DNA from: Candidatus Dormibacteria bacterium | GTDB lineage: Bacteria; Chloroflexota; Dormibacteria; Aeolococcales; Bog-877 | Length of the DNA stretch: 64,000 bases | Direction of reading: 5' to 3' | Assembly: GCA_046703825.1 (NCBI GenBank) | Contig: JBJKSO010000075.1 | Span: 19,760 to 83,759 of the forward strand | In this document: in pieces, positions 57,456 through 64,000 of the stretch | Layout: each line of letters begins with the position of its first letter | How positions within the stretch are numbered: the stretch's first letter is position 1 | Notes under the pieces: generated by a model | What the model was told of the DNA's origin: nothing | Database searches by the model: none | Seen by the model: the letters and a program-made list of their open reading frames with translations, nothing else | Translations under genes and position numbers: made by a program

Positions 57456-57750
57456 GGCTGCAGTAACTCCTCAAGAGCGCTGGCGGTTGCCACCCCCTTG
57501 CTCATTATTCGTTCGACCGCAGCCGGCTGCAGTAAGCCAGTTCGGCCCCGCCCGATCCGGGCCGCGGCCGACCCCAGAGCAGGCTGGGCGGATGGCCGGG
57601 TGTCCGTGCCCCGACGCAGTGGCCCCGCAGTTGGGATGCTCGGGCGCGTCGCCACAGACATCGCCTCCCAGTCACCAAGGACGAAAGAATCCGGCGCAAG
57701 CGGCCGGCGGGTCCGCAGCTCGGGCTACAAAATCGGCCGGACCGTGGCGG

Positions 57751-57822
57751 AGCGGGAGACGGGGATCGAACCCGCGACCTTCTCCTTGGCAAGGAGACGC
57801 TCTACCACTGAGCCACTCCCGC
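57751..57822 (-). tRNA. tRNA-Gly (anticodon GCC)
   Basis: Reverse complement folds: acceptor GCGGGAG/CTCCCGC, D-arm GCTC-AGTGGTA-GAGC, anticodon stem TCTCC/GGAGA with loop TTGCCAA, T-arm GCGGG-TTCGATC-CCCGT, discriminator T; CCA not encoded. Confidence 0.85.
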
Positions 57823-57886
57823 GTTCGGGCAGTTTTGGCGGCCCAGACGACGAACACCAAACGCGCTCCGAACAGACTTTGCAATT

Positions 57887-59224
57887 CTAGTAGGAGCGCT
57901 GAGCGCCCGCGCTGAGGGCTGCCCCTTCTGAATCGGCTAGGTTCCTCCCCCGGCGCAGGGTCAACCATGCTTCGTAAGAAGCCCCGCCCGGCAGCCAGGT
58001 ATCCCATGGTCTCGCAGGGTCGCCAGCCGCCAAACGCCGCGGCGCCTGGGCCAGGTGGAGCCGGTCCTGGAGGCGCCAAATCCTGCGCGCGAACCGGCGG
58101 TCCCAACCGAGCGGAGCCTCAGGCAAGGCTTCCTGGGCTAACTGCAGGGCGCCGGACAAGTCGCCCAGGCGATGCTCGAGCTCCACGCACACGGCCTCGG
58201 CTGCCTCCGGGTCACGCCATCGTTCCCAAATCTCTCTCCACGCTGCTGCCGCACCCACCTCGTCACCTTGGCGGCGGAGCAGGCGTGCTCGCCTGAGGGC
58301 TGCCGCGTGGTCCAACGGCGCCTGCGCCCCCGCGCTCGCGCGTAGGTAAAGGAGATCCGCCCGCTTCATCTCACCCCGGGCCTCGGAGAAGCGGCCCAGG
58401 CCGTAGGAGTCGCTCGGGTCGGGCTGCTCGAGGCTGACGTGGCGCTCGATCGCATCCAGCAGGCGCAGCAGTGCCAGCAGGTCGCGCTCGTTGTGCCGCA
58501 CCACTGGCTCCAGAAGATGGGCGGCACCGGTGGCCAGAAAGCGCTGGTAGCGCTCTGGGGCCTCGCTCCCGGGCGCGTCGTCGGATGCTCTGGGTTCGCC
58601 CAGAATCAACTGCTCCGCTCGACTGAGGCTGCACCTTCCCAGTCGGTGTCGCAGCAACTGGCGCACCAGCAGCAAAAGGTCAAGGTGCGGGGTGCCCGGC
58701 CATGGGCGTGGCACCCCGCACATCAAGGAGCGGCTGCGCAGAAGCGGCACGTCGAAGCCGGTACCGTTGTAGCTGACCAAGAGGCGGGCGCGGCCGACCC
58801 TTTCAAGAGCCGCCGCCACCACTGGCGCCTCCTCGCCCGGGTCTGGCACCAGCCACTGCTCGACCTCCACGGTCCCGCCACGTATGGCGGCCCAACCGTA
58901 GAGGAATGGCAGAGACCCAGGTCCGCGGGACAACCCGGTGGTCTCGAGGTCGAAGAACTCGACTTCGCCTTCCCGGGCCCGGTCGATGGCGGCGCCGAGC
59001 CGCCCCAAACGGCCGGGTGTCACGCACCCCGCCGTCACGCGCTGCTCCGAGGGTTTCCAGCTCACCGTTCGCGCCCAGATGCCGAGGCGCTGGTCCAGAC
59101 GAAAGCCGAGTTCCCCGAGCCTTTCCGCACCATCCGGGCGCGCAAGCCTGGCGCTGGTGCGCTCCCCGTCCAGCGACCGGCCTCGGAGCGCCCGAAGGCG
59201 CCGACTCAACTCGGAAGCGCCCAT
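57887..59224 (-). CDS. MrfB/YprB-like DEDDh 3'-5' exonuclease with C-terminal helical repeat domain
   Basis: EVEFFDLETTGL (Exo I), YNGTGFDVPLL (Exo II), followed by about 250-aa helical TPR-like region. Start ATG 59224 chosen to limit overlap with the helicase. Confidence 0.7.
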   Translation of the reverse strand: MGASELSRRLRALRGRSLDGERTSARLARPDGAERLGELGFRLDQRLGIWARTVSWKPSEQRVTAGCVTPGRLGRLGAAIDRAREGEVEFFDLETTGLSRGPGSLPFLYGWAAIRGGTVEVEQWLVPDPGEEAPVVAAALERVGRARLLVSYNGTGFDVPLLRSRSLMCGVPRPWPGTPHLDLLLLVRQLLRHRLGRCSLSRAEQLILGEPRASDDAPGSEAPERYQRFLATGAAHLLEPVVRHNERDLLALLRLLDAIERHVSLEQPDPSDSYGLGRFSEARGEMKRADLLYLRASAGAQAPLDHAAALRRARLLRRQGDEVGAAAAWREIWERWRDPEAAEAVCVELEHRLGDLSGALQLAQEALPEAPLGWDRRFARRIWRLQDRLHLAQAPRRLAAGDPARPWDTWLPGGASYEAWLTLRRGRNLADSEGAALSAGAQRSY

Positions 59225-61674
59225 CCGCAGCTCTCCAAAAGGTTCAGGGCCGCCTGCCTGACCCCGGGCTGGGCACCACTTATCGGGCCGGCGCAGGCCG
59301 GGCACCCGCCGGCGCATCGACAAGCGCTGAGGAGGTCGCGGCACCGGTTCAGCAGCTCGGCGTGCAGGTCGAAGAGCCTGGCGCTGATTCCCACCCCCCC
59401 TGGGTGAAGGTCATAGATGTAGACGGCCGAAGCGGAGGGCGCGGTCGGCGCAGCTCGGCCCGGCTCGGGGTCGGAACGCTCGCCGGGAACGAACTCCTCA
59501 GCTGCTGAGAGAACAGCGGTCGGCGGCGGTGCCGCCGTGGCGCGCACCTGGCAGACAACCCCAAGGTCACCGCGATCGCACATCGACAGAAGGCAGGCGA
59601 CCTGGCCCATGGCGTGTCCGACCGCCTCAAGTGCCGACTCCCGGCGAGCCGGATTTAGCAGTTGAACGGGTTGAAACAGACACCAGTAGGAGGTCGTTTG
59701 TAGATCCCGCTCGGGAACCCGGATCGGCCCACTCCCGACCGTCTCGTGGGTAAGTAGACGGATCTTGCGGTACATCGCGGCCAGCGCACTCACGCGAACC
59801 TCGCCGTGGGAGCGGGCGGTGCGCCGCGCGGGGTCGTCAAGAGGCCCGGCGAAGCTCTCCAGCACCTGCAGCCCGACCCTGAGTTCGGAATCGGTGTAGT
59901 AGTCCACCGACACCGGGTGGACGAAGGCTCGGCGCTCCTCCCAGTCCAGCCGCTCGACGTGGTACTGGCGCCCCTGGTGCATGTAGATGGCGTCGTCGTG
60001 CACCAGGAGTGGCGCCGACCACTCATCGAGCTCGCCCACGACCCTGGCGCCCGCCCCGGCGCGGCCGCCCGAACTCCCTGCGGATGTCCCCTGCGGGCCC
60101 TGCGAAGGAGCCGCAGTCTCCCCGCTCGTGTCCAGGATCACGACGTTGCCGGCGGAGGTGGTTCGCAGGTTGATCGCCTCCGCCGGAAAGGCGTCAGCGG
60201 TCCAGTGCCAGCTCTTGGCTGAGTGGTGAATCAGTCCTTCCTCTTGCAGCACTTCTAGTAGTCCGCCCACGTCCTCCGCGCCGAACGGTTCGCCATCGCT
60301 GATCGGAAGTTCGAACACGGCCGCCTGGACGTGGGCGGCAAGTATCAACAGGTTGTCCGGATCGACGAAGGCGTGTTCGGGCGAGCTATCCAAGAGGAAC
60401 TCGGGGTGGGTGGCGACGTATTGATCGAGCGGACCGCCACCGGTCACCAGCGCCAGCAGGGCGCGACCATCGCGCCTTCCCGCCCTCCCTAGCCGCTGCC
60501 AGGTACTGGCGACCGAGCCGGGATAGCCGACCAGAACGGCTGAGTCCAGCTGTCCGATGTCCATGCCCAGCTCCAGGGCGCTGGTGGAGACTACGCAGCG
60601 GACTGCGCCCGAGCGCAATCCCGCCTCGATGGCCCTGCGCTCGAGCGGGAGATAGCCGCCCCGGTAAGCGCGCAGCCGGTGCCGCAACTCCCCATCGCCA
60701 GCCAGCTCACGCTCCAGGTAGTTGAGCAGCAGCTCGACTTGGAGTCGGCTCTGAGCGAACGCGATCACCTGGGAGCCCCCGCGCAGCAGTTGCGCCACCA
60801 GACGTTTGGCCTCCAGATTGGCGCTCCGCCTGATCCCGAGCCGGGCGTCGACCAATTTGGGGTTGACCACCAGCAGCCGACGTCCAGGGGCCGGCGAACC
60901 GTCCTCGGTGACGCAGGCCACCGGCCGACCCACCAAGCGTCCGGTCAGCTCGCCGGGGTTGGCGATGGTGGCCGAGCTACAGATGTAAATCGGTCGCGAG
61001 CCGTAGAAGCGACAGATGCGGTCGAGCCGACGAAGCACGTTGGCCACATGGCTACCGAAGACTCCCCGGTAGGTGTGGACTTCGTCGAGGACCACGTAGC
61101 GCAGGCCCCGGAACAAGCGCGCCCAGCTCGTGTGCTGGGGCAGGATGGCTCGGTGCAGCATGTCCGGGTTGGTGAGCACCACCTGCCCGGCCTGGCGGAA
61201 AGCCCGCCGGGCACCGATCGGCGTGTCACCGTCGTACGTGAAGCACCGCAGCTCGATCTCGGCCGCGTCCGCAAGGCCGCGCAGGCCGGCTAACTGGTCC
61301 TGCGCCAGTGCCTTGGTCGGAAAGAGGAGCATCGCGGTGGCGTCCGGATCGCGGGCCACGGCATCCAGTACCGGCAGCGAGTAGCACAGCGACTTGCCCG
61401 AGGCGGTCGGAGTGACCACCGTGACGTCGCGGCCCTCGAGCGCCAGCTGCACTGCCTGAGACTGGTGGCGGTAGAGGCGCTCGACGCCGCGGCGAGCCAA
61501 CCCGGCGAACAGCTGTGGATGCAGGCTGCGAGGCGCTGGCCCGTAGCTCGCCTCCCGCGCCGGCAGCTCGCGATCCAGCACGAGTTCCGCCCGCTCGGCC
61601 ACCAGTTCTACCAGCCTATCCCAGCTGGGAGCGGGCCCAACCGGCAAGGCCGCCGCCGGGAACGCGCGTTCCAT
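59206..61674 (-). CDS. MrfA/YprA-like DExH-box helicase with C-terminal DUF1998 (MZB) four-Cys zinc domain
   Basis: ATG 61674; motif I TPTASGKSL, motif II VVLDEVHTYRG, motif III SSATIANP, helicase C domain, then C-terminal CRCAGGCPACAG four-Cys cluster; 822 aa. Confidence 0.8.
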   Translation of the reverse strand: MERAFPAAALPVGPAPSWDRLVELVAERAELVLDRELPAREASYGPAPRSLHPQLFAGLARRGVERLYRHQSQAVQLALEGRDVTVVTPTASGKSLCYSLPVLDAVARDPDATAMLLFPTKALAQDQLAGLRGLADAAEIELRCFTYDGDTPIGARRAFRQAGQVVLTNPDMLHRAILPQHTSWARLFRGLRYVVLDEVHTYRGVFGSHVANVLRRLDRICRFYGSRPIYICSSATIANPGELTGRLVGRPVACVTEDGSPAPGRRLLVVNPKLVDARLGIRRSANLEAKRLVAQLLRGGSQVIAFAQSRLQVELLLNYLERELAGDGELRHRLRAYRGGYLPLERRAIEAGLRSGAVRCVVSTSALELGMDIGQLDSAVLVGYPGSVASTWQRLGRAGRRDGRALLALVTGGGPLDQYVATHPEFLLDSSPEHAFVDPDNLLILAAHVQAAVFELPISDGEPFGAEDVGGLLEVLQEEGLIHHSAKSWHWTADAFPAEAINLRTTSAGNVVILDTSGETAAPSQGPQGTSAGSSGGRAGAGARVVGELDEWSAPLLVHDDAIYMHQGRQYHVERLDWEERRAFVHPVSVDYYTDSELRVGLQVLESFAGPLDDPARRTARSHGEVRVSALAAMYRKIRLLTHETVGSGPIRVPERDLQTTSYWCLFQPVQLLNPARRESALEAVGHAMGQVACLLSMCDRGDLGVVCQVRATAAPPPTAVLSAAEEFVPGERSDPEPGRAAPTAPSASAVYIYDLHPGGVGISARLFDLHAELLNRCRDLLSACRCAGGCPACAGPISGAQPGVRQAALNLLESCGWALPS

Positions 61675-61737
61675 GGACGGACTATACCAAACGCATGTTC
61701 GCCAGCGGCGCTGCGTAGATCGCCGCACCCAACGGCG

Positions 61738-62097
61738 CTAGGCGATCGGCTTGCCCCGGGTCACCACGCAGGTGTAGGCACCGCTACTCGCGACGATAGT
61801 CGCCGCGACCCTCCGTACCGGCGGCGTGGTCTTCACCGTCAGTTGCGCCCGCTTCTGACCGGGGGCGAGCTGGACCTGGGAAGTCGTGTGGCGGCCGTCG
61901 GCGCCTGTGACCTTGACGGTGATTGCGGAGCCAGCTCCCTGGCGTGTGACCACTTTGACCCGGTTGCCCGAAACCGTGTACCCGGCCAGGCATCCCTGTC
62001 CGGTCTCGCTCACCCTGTCGTTCTGGGTGGTGCAGGCGGCCACCCCAAGCGCGCTCGCGACCGCAACACCCGCCAACCCAAGTGCGGCCAGACGCAC
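61738..62097 (-). CDS. small secreted lipoprotein (hypothetical)
   Basis: 119 aa; signal peptide MRLAALGLAGVAVASALGVAAC with lipobox VAAC; beta-rich mature part. Confidence 0.5.
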   Translation of the reverse strand: MRLAALGLAGVAVASALGVAACTTQNDRVSETGQGCLAGYTVSGNRVKVVTRQGAGSAITVKVTGADGRHTTSQVQLAPGQKRAQLTVKTTPPVRRVAATIVASSGAYTCVVTRGKPIA

Positions 62098-62481
62098 GTG
62101 TCGACCTCCATTGACTACCGCCGCGCTCCTCCTACTTCACTAACCGAGTCTGAGCGTGCCTGTTACTCAGTGGCGCGTGCGCAGCGCCCTCCTGCCTACT
62201 GCACACGCCTGACTGAAAGCTACCCGGACGTCGCGGCGGCTTGACGGGGATCTCACCGGCGCGAGTGCGGCGTGGCACTTACCGCCCTCACTCCCAATCC
62301 AGATCTAAAGACTCGCCAGAGCGCGGGCCGATCCGACGGGACATCCGCGCCGCGCCCCGGAGGAACCGCCCCAGAGAGCTCCCCGTCGTGGAACTGGCCG
62401 GCCCACGGCGGGTAGTCTGGGGGCCCCTAAGCGCACCCCCGCCCTGCGGCCTGCCAGCTGGGTGGAGTTGGGAGAGCCCGG

Positions 62482-62952
62482 TCAACTACCGTCCCGTAAC
62501 CCGGATGGCGGTGCGTCGGCCAGTGCGCGCGCGATGGCATCCTGCCATCCCGCCAGAAATCCGTCGAAGTGGTCGGCGAAGCTCTGGACTTCCGAATTCC
62601 GCTCGGAGGCCAGAGTGGTCAGGTCATAGACCACGGTGGCGGTGGAGCCAGTTGGCAGGGGCTCCAAAGCTACGGAGACCAGCCCGGCGCGATCACCCGG
62701 GGTCAGGCGACTGTAAGTAATAGCCACCCCAGCTTCCCGGCGAACTACGACCCACGTCGTCTGCCGCCCACCATGGGCAGTCGTGAAGACGATTCCCGGT
62801 TCCGTCTCGTCGGCCACCGCGACGGGAAACTGCGGATCCCAACCATCGGCCCACGCGCGTTCACCGGTCGGAGTGAAGAGAAGGAATGCGGCGGGCGGGG
62901 GCAGCGCCACGGTGATGCTCCCGCTCCGCCGGACTCGCAGACAATCGGACAT
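62482..62952 (-). CDS. SRPBCC (polyketide-cyclase/Aha1-like) domain protein
   Basis: ATG 62952 (MSDCLRVRRSGSITVALPPPAAFLLFTPTGERAWADGWDP...); 156 aa helix-grip-like pattern. Confidence 0.5.
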   Translation of the reverse strand: MSDCLRVRRSGSITVALPPPAAFLLFTPTGERAWADGWDPQFPVAVADETEPGIVFTTAHGGRQTTWVVVRREAGVAITYSRLTPGDRAGLVSVALEPLPTGSTATVVYDLTTLASERNSEVQSFADHFDGFLAGWQDAIARALADAPPSGLRDGS

Positions 62953-63208
62953 CCTGGTCCTCCTCACTTGAGCTGCACAGGGTGTGGCTGTCCGCGGCAG
63001 TGAGCTCAAGACCGTACACGTCCCTCAGCCGATCGATTACGAATTGGGTAGATTCGTCGAAGGCGGTCTTCCGCTCGAAGGCGTGCAGCACTATGCCCTC
63101 CAGGAGGTCTCCGAGCGAGAGGTCCAGGTATTCAGCCAGACCCTTGAGGACCTTCAGCAGCCGCCGCTCCATTCGCACTCCCGTCTGGACGCGCTCAACC
63201 TCGATCAT
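62861..63208 (-). CDS. ribbon-helix-helix-like small DNA-binding protein (hypothetical)
   Basis: ATG 63208; MIEVERVQTGVRMERRLLKVLKGLAEYLDLSLGDLLEGIVLHAF fits strand-helix-helix; the 3' end overlaps the SRPBCC gene's start, so the true C-terminus is uncertain. Confidence 0.4.
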   Translation of the reverse strand: MIEVERVQTGVRMERRLLKVLKGLAEYLDLSLGDLLEGIVLHAFERKTAFDESTQFVIDRLRDVYGLELTAADSHTLCSSSEEDQDVRLSASPAEREHHRGAAPARRIPSLHSDR

Positions 63209-63632
63209 TGCACCAATGTACCACGGTACACTGCGATAAACCAAGCGCGACCCCGAGAACTCGCGCGGCGGCGGCGACAGGGTGTGGCTCGGCAGCGCCA
63301 GGATCGTGAAACGGCTAGGCCTGCGCCGGGCAGGCACCATCCCGAGCCTGAAACCTCGACGCGACGGTCCCCGTCGAGGTCCGGGGTGCTCTCGGCACGG
63401 GCGCACCGGCGCCTCCGCGGAACGCCACCGGCCCAGAGACCCTCTCGATCGCGGGTGCCCGGCAAACGCCAGCTGTGCATCGAGTGCTCGTGGTCTGACC
63501 GGGTTGGGCGCTGCGTGCGCAGCTCTCAGATGGCGGCTGACCATTAACGCGACCAACCGCACGGGTGCGGTGGCGGAGGTCCTCGTCGACCGGGTAGATC
63601 TGTTGCGATGCAGGACCCCACGCCTGATTACT

Positions 63633-63646
63633 TCGGTGCACCGAAA
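63633..63646. promoter_or_regulatory. 14-bp perfect palindrome TTCGGTGCACCGAA about 25 nt upstream of the YetF-like start
   Basis: read directly; followed by GAGAGAGGAGG Shine-Dalgarno and a TTG start. Confidence 0.25.
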
Positions 63647-63670
63647 AAGTTGAGAGAGGAGGCCTAACCC

Positions 63671-64000
63671 TTGGATCTCATTCACCTGGCTATTCCACCC
63701 TGGGACCTCGTCGTGCGCTCGGTGTGCATCTACGCCGTCCTGATCTTGGGTCTGCGCATCTTTGGCAAGCGGGAACTGGGCCAGATGACCGTCTTCGACC
63801 TGGTCTTGGTGCTGCTCGTCGCCAACGCCGTCCAACCGGCGATGACGGGTCCCGACAGCTCCCTCTTCGGAGGCCTGTTGATCATGGGCACGCTCTTCGT
63901 GATCAACTGGATGGTCGGCGAGGGGCGCATCCACTCACCGCTCATGCGCCGACTCCTGCAAGCCCGCAGCAGCGTGCTAGCTTCGGACGGCCGCTGGCGC
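63671..64000 (+). CDS. YetF/DUF421-family membrane protein (5' part; continues past window end)
   Basis: TTG 63671 after a strong SD; LDLIHLAIPPWDLVVRSVCIYAVLILGLRIFGKRELGQMTVFDLVLVLLVANAVQ matches DUF421 N-terminal TM region. Confidence 0.6.
   Translation, partial: MDLIHLAIPPWDLVVRSVCIYAVLILGLRIFGKRELGQMTVFDLVLVLLVANAVQPAMTGPDSSLFGGLLIMGTLFVINWMVGEGRIHSPLMRRLLQARSSVLASDGRWR

Noticed and set aside
59206-61674. Possibility that the DUF1998-containing helicase plus neighbour is a DISARM (DrmA/DrmB) anti-phage system.
   Set aside because: DUF1998 is fused to the helicase itself, as in MrfA/YprA, whereas DISARM has it on a separate DrmB. The partner is a DEDDh exonuclease (MrfB/YprB-like), and no PLD nuclease or methyltransferase is adjacent within the window.

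Overview
This is a high-GC (about 70%) bacterial chromosomal segment with dense coding on both strands, frequent GTG/TTG starts and 2-4 nt start/stop overlaps (GTGA, TTGA, ATGA). The ORF track prints M for any first codon. Coordinates 1-12 kb on the minus strand form a Wzx/Wzy-type rhamnose polysaccharide locus: apt (partial), PAP2 phosphatase, DUF2203, a shortened LLM oxidoreductase, two GT2 glycosyltransferases, rmlD-rmlB-rmlC-rmlA, an initiating sugar-phosphate transferase, Wzx flippase and an O-antigen-ligase/Wzy-like polymerase. After it come trpS, then a processive-type membrane GT2 paired divergently with an LPG-synthase-TM (flippase-like) protein, then ada, a CDP-alcohol phosphatidyltransferase, and a MarR regulator with its divergent partner. 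Coordinates 20.6-28.4 kb hold a histidine regulon. tRNA-Arg(CCT) sits at 20.6 kb. A PHP-type histidinol phosphatase and hisA are on the minus strand. A small TrpR/YerC-like regulator with a CTAG palindrome in its upstream region is divergent from them. hisG, a single in-frame hisD-hisC fusion ORF, hisB, hisH, hisF and hisIE then follow on the plus strand. Coordinates 28.9-50.7 kb are largely metabolic: two DinB-like proteins, a QW-repeat alpha-toroid protein, an LLM oxidoreductase, pepN, a beta-alanine/valine catabolic pair (class-III aminotransferase plus mmsA), an aldo/keto reductase, a stand-alone trpB2, an MFS transporter, a GS-like ligase next to a class-II (Ntn) amidotransferase, a CMD/AhpD-like protein, an amidohydrolase, an APC permease and a cystathionine gamma-synthase/lyase. 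Coordinates 50.7-53.7 kb carry the most unusual element. It is a two-gene, translationally coupled PEP-synthase/rifampin-phosphotransferase-like enzyme split so that the phosphohistidine swivel-domain protein comes first and the ATP-grasp (PPDK_N) protein carries a C-terminal cyclic-nucleotide-binding domain. Coordinates 54-64 kb contain a YihY/BrkB-family protein, a membrane protein with eight tandem PG_binding_1 repeats, a hemerythrin-like protein, tRNA-Gly(GCC), an MrfB/YprB-like exonuclease plus MrfA/YprA-like DExH helicase (DUF1998/MZB Zn-finger) pair, a lipoprotein, an SRPBCC protein with an overlapping RHH-like gene, and a partial YetF/DUF421 gene. I found no rRNA, CRISPR array, transposase or integrase. 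All functional calls rest on recognising conserved motifs by eye, not on database searches.
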